A stretch of 63,995 nt of DNA, the filler included, from Platydemus manokwari (lineage: Eukaryota), in the NCBI GenBank assembly GCA_037951405.1. It is 6 parts of 6 records of this genome, joined end to end, with 100 filler letters (N's around TTAATTAATTAA, not from the genome) between each part and the next. Parts side by side here need not be neighbours in the genome. Positions count along the whole stretch, not along the records: positions 23,586 to 34,165 come from JBBMOY011122553.1; positions 34,266 to 45,330 come from JBBMOY010934419.1; 4 more parts are not named here. One strand, written 5' to 3'. Shown here piece by piece: positions 26,601 through 41,050 of the stretch. The translations under genes and the position numbers were made by a program. Positions within the stretch are counted from its first letter, which is position 1. Every line of letters begins with the position of its first letter. Under the pieces are notes generated by a model. That model saw nothing but the letters and a program-made list of their open reading frames with translations. It made no database searches and was not told where the DNA came from.

Positions 26601-29229
26601 ATCACCTTTAGTATCAATTCCTTACCTTTTGGTAAGGTGCAATCGAGGCATTTAGGAATTAAAATTTTAGTAAATAGTTATAAAATCAATAAAGCAAAAT
26701 CTATAGCCGGTCATCCAGTCTCCAAGCGTGGATTAGAGTTGATCGAATCGAAAGAACATCATAATATTAGGTTCATAATTACTTGTGGGTCATTGGAGCT
26801 CCAGAGTACTGATAAGACTCGGATATTAGCCAAAGGTGTCATTAATAATTAAAAGCAAAATAAACATAGACCACAAAAATCAAAGTAAGTATTTGTGTGA
26901 AGATCTTAACTGAGTCTTATCAATTTTTTTAGTACTTATTAATATTCAGTTGATATTATGATTTTTTTCTGTAATTTCGATATAAATGGAGATCTACTGT
27001 AATTAATCATCCAACTATACAATTTTTCATCCCATATTCTTTCAAGATAATTTTCTTATGATGGGTATTATGTTATAAACGTTACATCATCAAACCACAA
27101 ATATCTTTATGTTTTACATTTCAAATATTTCGACAATAAAAATATCTTAATAAACGACCAGTTCTGTTTTAAGAATTTCATAACAACGAATACATCTATA
27201 CAATGGAACAGACACTAGAGCAATTCACATTTTCTCTTATGAGTTGGAGAAATGTTTAAACTGAATTTTAAAATCAACACATTGGAGGATTCTAGTTTCT
27301 AAATATCGCTTTTCAAAGAAAGGTGAGGGACAATAAAAAAGAATGATGGAAAATGAATTAATGTAAAAGTATACTTTGATATAAGTTGGTGTCGACCAAA
27401 ATGGCAAAGTTATACTAAATTCAGGAAGACAGAAATTCAGTGGTGATCGTTTCATTGGAATTATTATCGCTTAAATCATCTTCGACCAAAGAGGTTAACT
27501 CTATATATAAATCAGATTATTAAATCGATTTTTTTCAATTTTATCCTATTAAAAAGCGTTTGAGGATAAATATACCCCTTGTTGTTTGATCGACATTTTT
27601 CGATTGTTTCTCAAAACAAACATACATCAATTTTCGTTTCTATTCTTGCAATCATTAATTCAAATATAATAATATCATTTTATAATAATCTCTTTCTCAA
27701 AAACTTCAATTCTTCTTCATAACGTTTGTCGGCTTTTTTAATTTCCCATCGTCATGGCAATAATTTTTCACTTTTTAAATTTATAGGGAGATAGTCTATT
27801 AAATAAAATTCGAGATAACAACTTTATTTAAAATTATTTACGTTTTTTCCTTATTTTTTGGGGATAATTTTGATTTTTTTTCGCAATAAATATTTGGCAA
27901 CGATCTTTTGATAACATGAATAAATCAGAAGCTGATTTATTTTCATGATTTTCTAACACAACCAATTTCTGATTTATTATGATAAAGAGAAAATTAATCA
28001 CGAAGATTATCATTATTATTATTATTATTATTATTTCAGTGCGGTATTTTCAAAAAGAGTTTTTGCAGAAAAAATTTCTCTTCCAGATGATATTTTATTG
28101 TCATGAAATAATAGAAAAATAATCATTTGGCATATTAGATATGTTATCGTTAGTTTCCATAAATTATTTTTCATATTCATTCGATATATTAGGCAATAAT
28201 AATAAAATGAATGTTAATTCTATTGATCAAATACCAGGAAACCTCCAGGACATAATAATCCATTTACAAGAAAATTTATTACATTTCTTTGTAGAAATGT
28301 AATGTGTTAAAATTAATTTCTAAAATACCGTCATAAATAGTGGGGTCATGTTTTTAGTTTATTTTTTCGGTTGACACCGAGTCTTTTTTCCAGAAATATT
28401 GATTATATTAAAAGACTTTATTAAAAATATATTTTTGCAGAAATTTCAAGATGGAATGTAAAAGCCGATTAATGTTAATCGTAAAACAATATGAGAGGAG
28501 GGATAGTTTACAAATAAAAGAAAGGCTGGAATCGTTAACGAAATTACAACTGGAACAGTGGTCGAAATAATAATCAAAGATTTTTTAACAACTATAATAA
28601 TATAAGGTAAATTAATTAGTCCAAGAACCACGATAATACCTCATAACTCACTCGTTATATAGTGATCATTTAACATGTATCGATTTTGTGCATTAATTTT
28701 CATTTATTCAAGATTTCCAAGATCTAGTTAAAGGCTTTGGTTATGAATTTTTCTTCATTATTTACTGCTTACAATTCGCTATTCTCTATCACTGTTTCAA
28801 TTGGAAGCCAAAGCCTCGTCAGACAATGTTGCTTTAAATGCTTCTGATTGGTTTCTGTCATAGTGTTTAATGGTTGTTGATCTGATTTACCCTTTTAGAT
28901 ATAATTTCAGGGTTTTTAGCCGCAATCTTGAGTCGTATTTGACACAATAACCATAATTGTGAATCATTGAATATGTGCTCGATAAACAGATAAACTACCA
29001 CATCTCAATCACTCTAACTGTATGATATCTAACATTAAAAAATTTATTTATATAACAAAATGGTTTGAAATTTTTCGGAAATTCATTCAGATTATCGGTT
29101 TCTTGATTAATTTACAATTTCGATAATTGAGTTATGATTGTTCATTTCTTGGTTTGATCTCCCTCCAATATCAAAACTGATCTGGTCCAATTTCCTTTAC
29201 TTTTTAAAATTTTCTTTATGGTTCATTTC

Positions 29230-30990
29230 TCTCTCGGATCAGTGTATATCGCTCCTCGTTTAGATCAGTGATGATACCACTCTGGTGATTATGTCATATT
29301 CTCCCTGAGTGTCGAATATTTTAAAATGACAACTCTCTTGCTAACCTATAGACATATGCTTCTGTTACTCCGATTTTCAGTAATGTCGTGATTGTGTTTT
29401 GTGGAATTGATCCGAGCAATCCAATTATAATGGTCAGAATGCTGTCTATGTAACCAGCCTTGTGTTTCAGTATTCGTTTTCTAAGAGGAGTATAATGCTC
29501 ATAATTCCTTCTGTGTGCATTGTTAAAGAGATCCTCCTTGCCTAGAGGACACTTGATATCAGCGGGAAAAATGGTTTTTTATACAGGATTCTCAATGCAT
29601 AAGTCAATTCTTAGATTAGAGGAATGAAATTGTTTCATTGACATTGATGATTAAATGTGGAAATTTAATTTCCTTGTAAACAGGTCGTAGTCATTCGTCA
29701 TGTCTTTGAACTATAAAAGCCGGGCAAGGGACTGATTTTTGTAGAACATGCATCAGCTGTTTTGCACCTTCTGCACTTCCTCTTGATTGGGTCTCTTTCG
29801 AAGATTCGCCTATTGACTGGTAATACATTCATCCTGACTCGATGAATAAATCTCCAAGCATGACTTCAAATGAGTCCATTGTAAATTATCTAGTTGTGTC
29901 TTGTATTTGTTGTAATGACTCTGGCTAGATAATTTGCAGCCATTTTTGAACGTAAGATTCTCGGATTGCCTTGTGTATGATTCGAGTTGCTTTATTTCTG
30001 TCCTTGTTGCCTATAGTCTCTGTATCATCGTTCTTCTTTGAACTATGTAGACACATAAGGATTCAACTTGTTGTGATAATGATAGAATTCGACTTTTCTT
30101 TGATTTAAGAACGCTGATTTTTATTTCTCTAGCTCAGAAAGCAAATGTGAGTGTTGGAAATAAGATGGTTTTGATTGCCTGAATCTTTTGAAAACTCATC
30201 AGATTCGATTTAGTGATGCTTTTTACATTCTCATAGAATGATAATAGAGTGTAATGTGGGGTTTGATCTACCTGGAATCCTACCGGTACATCAAGCTATT
30301 GATAGAATTCTCCAGGGTTTAGTTTCTTTATCGGTAGTTGATTAATTATAACTGTTTTAACATGATCTTTTTATACCTTAGAGATATGAATGCAAATTTT
30401 TGCTGTTGGAATAATGAAATTGCCTTTCAATATAGTACTTGTAGCGACATCAAGAATGATTTGTAAATCTTCTGAATTATTTTCGATGGTGGCAGTATGG
30501 TCAGCATATGCGAGAACTCTGATTTTTTTGTTGAATAGTTGATAATGTGAGACGTCGATAGCTTCTATTGCTGCAAGGATCGAGTTATTGACTAGAGAAA
30601 ATAAGAGAATTGATATTGCTTATCCTTGTCTTACACCGATATTTAGTGAAGTTTCGTTAGTAATTGTGTTCATACATTTTTAGTATGTTGAAACATTTGA
30701 GTAGATATCCTTAATGACATCGAGAAAGTCACTACTAATGCCAAGTTTTCTTAGAATTTCAAGCATTAGTTCATGTGGTACACTTGGGAAAGCATCTTTT
30801 ATATCAAGTCACGCTATTGCTGTGGGCATTTTGGTTCTTTTATGTTCTTTAAAAATATCATTCAAAAGGTCATTGTGCTCAACGCAAGCCTCATATTTCA
30901 TTCCACCTTTCGGCCCAGGACTTAGAACTTTACTGCGCGAGATCCACTGTAATTAACGATCCGCTAGGATTCCAGTGAATAATTTAATTA
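29230..30990 (-). mobile_element. Degenerate non-LTR retrotransposon (R2/NeSL/Utopia group): reverse transcriptase, knuckle remnant and restriction-like endonuclease
   Basis: Minus strand, over several frames with stops: LFTGILADR, CVEHNDLL, LDIKDAFPSVPH (~30772-30810), GVRQG (~30623-30638), LAYADH (~30497-30514, YADD position), FQKIQAIKTILFPTL, CRRCK (29761-29775), RIDLCIE...DIKCP...IIIGLLGSIP...LLKIGV. Internal deletions evident. Confidence 0.9.
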
Positions 30991-32489
30991 TACATATAAA
31001 TACGATTATCAACAATTTTTATTCAAATAAGTAAGGATAATTTCTACTGAGCATATAAACCAAATATATATTTTAATCCAATTCTTATAACAATGTTTAT
31101 CTAATAAAACTAGTACTTAAAATGAACAGAAACATAATAAACATTCACACACTCCAATCACGATCTTTTATTTAAAATCTCAATATCAAATTGATAAAAT
31201 TAATACCATGGTAACAACAGTATTGCAAATTAATAAAATTGATGGTATTGGTTTTTATTTTTCTTTCAATCGATAAAATGTAATTCAACTTCAGTTTATT
31301 TTATTGAACTCTAAGAATTGCTTGTTCATCCTTGAAAGTCTTGTAATGTCGACGACTCATGCTTATCATTTCAGTAATGTATTGATGGAATTAAGAATTT
31401 TCATATCTCCAGCTTGGCATTTCATCTCATTCACCGAGACGAGAAACGCAATTTTCCAAACAAATAATGACACAATTGTCTCTACAATCAAATGAACGAA
31501 ACATCATTTCTATAAACGACAACAATTCAATATGAGAAAATAAATTAAAGAGATAAGAAAATCAATACATTGTAACAATAAATTTTTACGAAGCAATATT
31601 TAATTGAAGCACTCGTCTGCTTTGTTTGCTGTTTCGTAGATGTATAGAATTACTGTTTATCTATATTACAATTCTTGCTGATATTTTTCAATCCAATCTA
31701 ACATAAAAACGTAAATAATTGTCAGTTCGCACTGCTATTATTTTATATAAATTCATCTTGAACAAGACTACAAAGATTTTACAGAAAATATATTCCATGA
31801 CATCATCAAGCAATAATTATAATAATTTCGAAAAAAATACTGAGAGGAGATAAAATACCATGGAAATAGTTTTTATGGTACAGAGCTAGACTGTGTTAAG
31901 GCTAGAAAACATATGTGAGGATTGGAAACTTTCATCTGACCATTATGAATACTGTAGATTATATCGTGTTTGGGAATTGTATACACGATATTGATTTCTA
32001 TTAGCGATTTTATCCAATCTAATTCTCAATACTTATATTTTCTTATTAGAAAATACGAATGTCCCTGGGCTACAATAAGAGATAATGCAAAAGTAATATC
32101 TCAAAGTAAAGTCTTAAAACAATGATTTTTCAATATTTTCTCAAATATTTCCAAGATTTGTAGATAAAATAATGAAGCGATACAGTGTTCGGTTTTTCAG
32201 ACTAACATCTTCTCACTTAAATCTTTCATGGGGTAAAATTCTTATGACTGTAGTTTAGAATTTACAGATATTCGTTTAAACATCCGGGATTTGAAATCCA
32301 AAGGTATATAAAAATATTTGGTCAATACTTGAAAAAAATTCGATTTACAAAAACCAGATATGATTCGGTTGAAAATATTGATCGTTTCTTCATGTAGACA
32401 TATTGGCATTGAATTCAGGAGCACTTAATTAAATTTTTGCTTCGATAGCAAAAGTTATTTTTCAAGAAAGAAAATGGTTTTTATAACAA

Positions 32490-32670
32490 TTAATATACCC
32501 ACGCAATTCGAGAATAAATATAGAATTCAAGAAAGTCAACACTTTAAAAGAGAGTTATATTGAGAAATTGAAAATAAATATGGGATTTATCAGCAAAAAA
32601 TGTGGATAAAATGAAAGATTTTAAAGATAAGGTTAGAAATTCTAAAATAATCGTATGAATTAGGAAAATA
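32490..32670 (+). repeat. Dispersed repeat family A copy
   Basis: ACGCAATTC-GAGAA is shared with the 7090-7290 copy; AAAATGAAAGATTTTAA(A/G)GA is shared with ~43490-43515. Confidence 0.5.
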
Positions 32671-32949
32671 TTTATTAAAAAATATATAATATATTTCTCT
32701 GATGCCGCTTTTATTTTTGCAGAATTGTTTTATCAAATTAAAATTATGTAATATTGTAGATAAAAATGATTTTCAAAAAATTAAAGAAATTAATGGAAAT
32801 ATTTGTATTAGAGAGACTGATATTAAGAAATAGTTCTACCAGAAAATCTTTAAATTGCGAACACGGGCTAAGTTAAAAAAAGGGACCTTTGACCTATTTT
32901 CGTAATAATGAATTTTTATGCTTTAGATATTTGTATAACTTAATATTAT

Positions 32950-33422
32950 ATATAATTACAATGTTTGATTTATTCATATAATTAAGTTTCGAAACCTAGT
33001 TCCTATATTAATCACAGAGCTTCTATATGATTATTTAAGTTTTTAAATTTAAATTTTTATAATTATAAATCGAGTTAGTTAATTACAGACATGCTTAATA
33101 ATATCATTGGTTAGTTTTATAAAATAATCCTAAATATTGAGAATATCTCTCAATTTGCTTCTAATGCTAAAAGTGGTTCTCGATAATTTTCAATAAATTG
33201 CAACTCGACCTACTTCGACCTACTTTATTAAATAATCAATTTTTAGGATTTTTTGAAGCTCTAGCGTATTTGATATTTGATTTCAAACAACTAAAATTCT
33301 TCTTAAGCACTTAAATAAAAAATTCAAAATGATTTTAAAGAATATAATTAAATAAACTATATAGAATTTTACAATACACTCAATAAATTTAAAATTTTAC
33401 TTCAGGATACTTTTCTTTACTT
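32950..33422. repeat. Dispersed repeat family B, copy 1 (~470 bp)
   Basis: Colinear with 41191-41666, e.g. CAACTAAAATTCTTCTTAAG(C/T)ACTTAAATAA, TCTCAATTTGCTT, GAATATAATTAAATAAACTATATA. Confidence 0.85.
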
Positions 33423-33863
33423 GCGCCTGATAAACACAGACTACGTTATTATGAACAATAAAAAGAAACAATAACGCTGGTCACATGACTGTTTGTTTTA
33501 ATATTCAGTTGTTTGATAATGTTTTAAAATATAGATTGTTACGCTGTTACTTCATCTTTTGTTATAAAGGAAACATTGATAATGCAAGAAAAGAAATGAA
33601 ATCACAAAGATTTGCAAAAAATAAACTTTTTCAATAATGAAAACATGTTCAAAATGAATGAAATGTATTTAGAGCATATTTAGACCACGAAGTATCAAAT
33701 GTGCCGTGGTAATATGCTAATAGGGTGTTGAGTAAAAGACACCATATGTTGTGACTGAAACTTTTATTGATTCCAAAAAGTGATAACTATCTAGCTAAAA
33801 CCCAACAAACTGATTCAATTATTTAGCTTCAAATGAAAATTTCGTCATCTTTTTTAAAGAAAT

Positions 33864-34160
33864 TTATATCCAGAAGCTTGTATGTGTCGCTTGTACTAGA
33901 TTTTTATTAGGTGTTCCGATTTCCGAAATTAAAATTGAATTTATTGATTTATCAAGAATTTGGTTGGTCAATCCCTTTGTATGGGTCGTTCTGTAATTAT
34001 CTATTTGTCTAATTGAAATTCTCACAGAAATGCTCCTGATTGGTCGGTAATCGTACCTTTGTAACTGTGTAGGAATGTATGTATGTAAATTCTTGGAACA
34101 AGTATTATTAAGATTACTACTTTGATGTCGACTTATTGGCATCTCGAATTCATAGATTCC
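33864..34160 (-). mobile_element. Possible non-LTR reverse transcriptase scrap
   Basis: TYIPTQLQRYDYRPIRSIS resembles the IPK...(N/D)YRPIS RT motif; no other motif confirmed. Confidence 0.3.
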
Positions 34161-34165
34161 AATAA

Positions 34166-34265
34166 NNNNNNNNNNNNNNNNNNNNNNNNNNNNNNNNNNN
34201 NNNNNNNNNTTAATTAATTAANNNNNNNNNNNNNNNNNNNNNNNNNNNNNNNNNNNNNNNNNNNN
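34166..34265. other. Artificial assembly spacer N44-TTAATTAATTAA-N44
   Basis: Same 100-nt structure. Confidence 0.97.
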
Positions 34266-36019
34266 TATATATATTAATTCGTTTTATCCAAGCAGATCCA
34301 AGCCAAGCAGTTTTATATGCCCTGTAATTCCCCAGGAAGATAATAGAAATATTCTGATTGCCAAAGATCAAGAGTAAAGTAAGATAAGTTGTGTAAAATC
34401 ATATATAACTTATCTATATCGCCATTTATTGGGAAAAGCTAAAATTCCCTGTGAAAGACTTTCTCCCAATAAAAGCTTCTTGATCTATGATCTGCTACAT
34501 TGAATTTTACATTGATATTTCCAGTGTTTCAGTGCATAAAAGTAGTATTAAAATAATCTATATAATTACATATTGCGTAGTAGTTATATCAAATATTTAA
34601 TGTGTCATTTGTAATAAACGTTTCATACACTAAACGAGTTGTTATCAATCAGGACGTTCGCCATTAGGATTCCCAATTTCACAGTTAATATATTCATCAT
34701 CATTGATTACCTTTTTGTGAATATTTTTGGATTAAAATTAATAAAGAAAGAGACTGATAAAATTACCAAGGAGAAAATTTGAACCAATAATAGAAGCATT
34801 GATAAGGTTTAGGTTAAATAGATTAATTTTATCTACGCCGTACGGCTTGTCTTCATATAAGTTGGGGACGTTGGGACGAAAGATAATCATTAAATTAAGG
34901 TCTAAGTAGTACCTTTATGTTGATAAAGACGTAGATATCGATCAACCAAATAACCAATAATAATAAAATAAACTACAACACCCCAAAACGTATCACCTCA
35001 TTACGTCATTTTAAAATAGTATTGATTATCATTCAGATTTAGAATTTGAGATGATGTTTTCACATTCAACTGGTTGTCTTGTGAAACCATTTTTATTCTT
35101 TTCCATGGATATCTAAAGATGAATCAAAACAATAAAATCAATTCCATTATTTAAGAAAAAATGTTTATATTTTCGTTCAAACGCATTAATGAAATAACAA
35201 TTTAAAAATATTTTTTTTCATCAAATTTTTGACGATCAACATGCGACGATTGATAAGGAAACTCATTGGTGAGATTAAATTGTTCAATTCAGCGTAGATG
35301 ATTAATAATTCGGGTAGCGTTAAATGTGATTATAAAAAAATTAATCTTTGAAATTTATCGATGAAAATTGAGATCATTTATGAATATAGAATTTGAATAG
35401 CATATTTTATTGTTTAACCAATATGAAAACCATTAAATCCAATAGAATTCAAATCATCGAACTTAAGTTATCCATAAATTTTTCTGCATTCATTGAATTT
35501 GTTGTCGATTTATTGAAAAGGAATACAAATATTTTTCTGGCTGAAGTTTTGTCATTTCAATGAAAGAGAATTATCAGAAATTATCAGAAAAAAACGATGA
35601 CAGCACAAGAAAAGATAACAACAAGCTGGAGTAGACTCAGGACAAATGAAATAAATAAATAATTGATGATTAAATTACCCGTAAAAAACAAACGAAATAA
35701 GAATTTTTATTTTTTCATTGAAAGACAAAAATCGTCATGGGAACAGACATTAAATACAAAAAACCATCATTATCTGATTGAAGTAATTATATTTCGACAG
35801 ATAATTACAAAAATAAAAACGATTAAGATAATGTTGGAAAGAATTAAAATACTGTATCACCAAAAGAAAAATCGAATCCATGCATTACGAGAGAGATATC
35901 TTCTGTTGAATTCAGACTGGTTTTCAAGATAATTCCTTTGGGATAAGATGGGAGAAATATTTGAAAGTTGGCTGTGTTTAATATTTTTTTTTAATTTGAT
36001 ATTTTTTCGATTACTGAAC

Positions 36020-36180
36020 CGATATATGATTATCAATTTTGGTTTTACATCATTTCCAATTTAAAAAAATACAAAATATCACGATTACTAGCGATAGACG
36101 TGATTGTCGGTGTATTTCTGGATTAGCCGAAAGCTATTAAACATGGATACAAATGATCACCGAATTGCCTTTGCCGCTTA
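36020..36180 (+). mobile_element. CR1/L2-like non-LTR reverse transcriptase scrap
   Basis: YDYQF/GF (one indel) followed by VIVGVFLD*PKA and DTNDHRI, resembling QFGF...GVFLDLxKAFDTVDHxIL. Confidence 0.45.
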
Positions 36181-36633
36181 GATATTATAAATGATATACT
36201 TATTACGGGTATTTTTAACCCGCTCAATTATCTTAGCCCCAGAATAATTTATACATTACTAATAGCAGACGAGTAAAATATTTTATTATAAACGTGTATT
36301 AAATATGGTAACTATCATCAGAACATTAAAACAGATTTTTCAAATATAACAGTTAAAAATAGTTCGGCCTCATTATCAGCAGTGAATGTCGTTTCAACAG
36401 ATATTGATTAATATCACCTGTAAGCCGCTGCTATTTTTATAAAGCATGATTTGTAAACAAATCGATAAGTCACGATACTTATAAATTCATTTAGGGGGAT
36501 TATCTAAGCAATTTAATATTATTTTGTAACAATTCAGATTATAAAACTTTACCCACGTGACTATCGATATCCAATCATAATTAACTGTACTTTAAATAAA
36601 GTTTCGGTAGGCTAAAAGAAAAAAAACTAATAT

Positions 36634-36927
36634 TTATTTAGCATAAACAAGTTCTTCAAGAGGCGGCGGGACATCCCTCATGACTTTGAAATATAATATA
36701 TATTTCGTATAGTTGTATCTTCCTAAATGATGTCCGCAACAATAGCAGGACTCAGGTGACGGGCATAGCAAGTCTTTGACCTTCCGATTGATTATTTTTA
36801 ATTTTCCATTTTTTATTTTGTAGGGCCTCGAAGACTGACGTATAAGAGTAATATAAGTGGTTGAAGTAATGCCTTGGCTTGTATAGTTATTTGAGATTGT
36901 AGAGTTTGATAGTCCGTTGATTTTCAT
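36634..36927 (-). mobile_element. Possible N-terminal zinc-finger region of a retroelement ORF
   Basis: 97-aa ORF with an S/T/N-rich start and LLCPSPESCYCCGHHLGRY, reminiscent of N-terminal zinc fingers of RLE-type elements. His ligands appear decayed and no RT is adjacent. Confidence 0.25.
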
Positions 36928-39900
36928 TTATAAATATCGTAGATTTAAGTACTGAGATTCGCGTCCATTAGGAGAGTCATTGTTGGTGTGTATTTAGTTG
37001 ATGGCTGAAGGTTTGTTACTACGTCATGCTATTCCATTGTTGATTCTATTGTGACTCTGTTGTTCTAGTTTATTCTAATCAAATTTCTTTTTATTTCAAT
37101 CAAAATTTCTTTCATTTAACCGGGTTTTATTTTATTTATTCATTCATCTCTTTTTATAAGTATAAAATTAAACTTTATAACCATTCAAAGGGAATGTTAT
37201 TACTCAAATAATTCACTAATGTTCACAAATTAGAAATATATCAATTAAAAAAATACAAGTCGTCAAATAAATAATAAATCTCATAAAAATCAGAGTACAG
37301 CCCACAATAATTATTAAATCAGGAGTTTAATAGATCAAATTTAAAGCAATAAATCTCCGAGATTGCTGTCAATAAATATAATCATTCAACAATATCAATA
37401 ATTAGTTAGATTAATTCTCCATTCATTTGGATTGTTGGGATGATTTGAATATGAAGAATGAAAAGTACAAAAACAAGAAAATTTAAAAGAAATTAATAGT
37501 CAAGTTTCTATTAATGTTCAGACGAATCTTTACAGCAATTTTAACAATGTTTCAATTGGAGAGGAGAGTAAGAAAATCTGCCATATATTGAGTATTGTTG
37601 AAACATAACACATAAAATATTGGCGAATTGAGTTGTTACCGTGAAAAAAATAGAGGCTATGATTTTTCAGTTAGTATAATTATTTTTTATACAATCATAT
37701 TTTCTTATTTATTTTTTGTAGATATTTTATAATAAAGAATTTGGGATTTGATACAATGTTGTTAAGTTTTGTTTTAGAGTTTGCGATCTGATGGTAAATA
37801 TCGTTGAGTTAAATACATCACCATATGAATTATAAAAACACCGCAAGGGACAAAATTTCGACATTATATGATATGTATAGGCATTGTTGTAACATGGACG
37901 AATTTAAATGTTGTATTTTATTTTTAAAATAAAATTTCTTCGTCGTTTCAATAAATTTCCGAAATTTATTCCAAGGTCTATTGTTAAAAACTTTGAGACC
38001 TGGTACTCATTTTGTCTCCTTTGTCAACGGTTTTAATATTCTAATAACAAAGCTTTTTCGACGAATTTAAAATCAAATCAGTGGTATCTAATCCATATTT
38101 ATTTTTTTATCTATTTTTAAAACGATTTTGATGAAAACATATTTAAACGAGTCTAATTTATGTGATTCTAATGGATTTTGAATGTCTTAATAATTGTCTA
38201 CTAGAATTATAAAATTTTTGTTTCGTAGAACTACATCAAATTTGAATTAAATAATTGAAGTTTCAACACATTCAAAATCATTTTAACATTATATACAGAA
38301 ACATAAGAAGCTCCGTGTATTCAGTTACGCGACAAATTGATTTAAAAAAAATTAATTATCTGATAGTTTTAATCCCATTTATTCATGAAATAATAATGAC
38401 ATGAAAATGTAACTGAAGAATTACCTGATATCGACGGATATTTTATTGATAATCTCGAAACAATTTATTTTAAATGAATATAAGTAGGTATAAAACACTA
38501 AAAAATTAAAACTAATCCACACGTTGTCAAGTTAATATGATCGATTCATTTGCGTAGAGCAAATAATTGTGAATTATTAGTTTTTTGTGGATCTAAATGA
38601 TTATCTAAGAAAAGTAACTGGAACAATATCGTCGTATTAATAATTTCTAATGATAATAGTTAGATTGATCAGAATTAGATTTTAAATAACTTAAATAAAT
38701 AAATTCGGAGATTTGTTTAAATATCCTGAATAACGTGTTTTTGAATTAATAAGTTTTGATGGAAACAAATGGTGTTTTTACTATAATAATTTTAAATTCA
38801 AATCACCATAGCAACTTGTGGAATTACTATAGAAAATATAAAATAAGTAATAAATCCTACAAACGCTCACAATCGGAAATACTATGAACACAAAAGCAAC
38901 CAACAGACAATCACACCAGAATTTTTCTTTTCATTCAGCTTCTATTCGAAATTACGTGATTTACACATTCAGACATCTATTAGGGTTAATTTCAATTTAA
39001 CCATTGTAACTCAATTAGAATCACTTTCAATTTGTACATTCGTAATTCAACCAAGATTAAATTCCGTTTTATTTAGTCACTTGCGTTAATATTCTTTATA
39101 TAACAACACGGGTTCTTTAAAAATCACACGTTACACATTTGTTAATTTTTATTATAATCAATTAAATTATTATATTGTTAATTGTTATTTATTTATATCA
39201 GTAACATGTACCTAATCACCTGTTAGTTATCAGATGCTTGATGGAAACATCAATTATCGGTTTCTAAGCACTTGTAATTTATTAATGGTTTGAATAATCA
39301 AGAATATCTTTCTGATCACTTAACTGAATTCGATCATGGTCATTAAAAACATCGTCAAGTCTTGAAACAACTCCTTGTAAAAGGTGCACGTATATGGGAG
39401 AGGCACACCTGTACCCCAAATCAATCAAATTTCTCGAAAATTAACGATTGTTTATTTAAATTTCAATAATTAATCAATACACAAACACAAAAAGTTGCAG
39501 ACGTCTCAATACTTCAATAGACCAATTCTAACATATATAGAACATTTGTTAGAAATGAAAATCCAAATTTTAGGAATTAAGATTAACTGATTCTTGAGGA
39601 AATTTGTCAGTCTTTTAAGCCACAAATTTAGTAATCAGTTATGTTCGCCTTTCAGGTTGTGATTACCTCGCTTCATATAATTAATCTATATTTTTAGACA
39701 TTATTAGATTGAACTTATTTGATTATAAAATTTTATTTGTACCTTAATTGTATTCCATTATTTTCTAAAATTTTTATTAACATCTTTTTGGCACAGATGG
39801 GATTTCTTTGTGGTAAATTTTTACTTTATGATTTCCTTTATTTCAATAATCCCATCCGGTGTTCCATCTCAGTTCCAAACCACTTCAAACTATATCGTAT

Positions 39901-41050
39901 TTTATTTCAATTTTGTATGTCAATTTTATATTTTCCCAAGACTCTTGAGACATAGTTTTTATTACAACATGTCTTTGATTTTAATCAAGAAATGACGGTA
40001 TATGGGTATTGCGAGCACAGGTATATACCATTATATATCAGACTTTTTATCAAATTTAATTTTGAACAATTAAACTATCAAACTTCATAGAAACCATAAT
40101 GTGATTCGAGAGAAATAAAAATTGATATACACGAATTTAATAATTGTAAATGGTCACCAAAAATTGATAAATCTCTAGAATACCAACAAATAAATAGTCT
40201 AAAAGTTCTGTTGTGAAAAAGAACACATGGAAGACAGTTACAAATTTATATTAAAGTGGACATGATTTTTCAAAGAATCATTAAAAAAATAAATTTCAAT
40301 TCTATATGAAAAAGTAATTATCATTCTCCTTCAATGCAGACTATTTCTTAGAAAATTTTATTTAAAATTAGACAAACAACTCAGAATTTCATTTATTGAA
40401 TTCTCATGGTTTTTTTAATGAATGACTTTTAATGGATTTTAAATAGTTCATGTTAAAGTAAAAATATTTTTTGAAATATGACTACATCAGTTGTCAAGAA
40501 CTCGTTATTTTGGTCATAAAATAAAATTTATAAACATAATTTTCGATAATTAGAGGGCTGATTATTCAAGCAATTCGAGGTCAACTTAAGGTTACTGAAT
40601 TTGAAATTAATTTTTTGTGATTCTTTAGAAATTCAATGCATAAATTAGCTCAAGATAAGTCGACTCAACTCGGAATTATAGAGGAAAAACTTGATAAATT
40701 TCACTGAACGTAATGTATGATTGAATTGAAACATCAAATAATGAAAACAGAGTACTATATAAGTTTAATTCTACACATTTGATAGTAAAAATAACTAAAG
40801 ATCATGAAATAAAATAAATTACGAAATATTAAACAATCTTAAGGAATGTTTAAAAAAATATCTTTTGCCATAGCAAAAACTTGATGTCATGTCCACAATC
40901 ACGCTCAGCTATTGAAAAGTAGAAATATTCAAAAACATTTTTTTCATTTCATTAATTGTACGAATATACACCTGAAACAAGAAAAATAATTAATTTGATA
41001 TAATAGTAAATAATCATTCAAATTAATCACGAGTTTTATTTCAAATTCCA

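Noticed and set aside
26553-26852. 99-aa ORF and other short ORF-track entries in 24-28 kb, 35-43 kb and 53-55 kb
   Set aside because: No recognisable motifs or consistent splice structure, many start at TTG/GTG, and lengths are compatible with chance or decayed repeats.
30714-30956. ORFs 30714-30956, 12720-13064, 11179-11400 and 2239-2457
   Set aside because: Antisense to recognisable transposon coding remnants.
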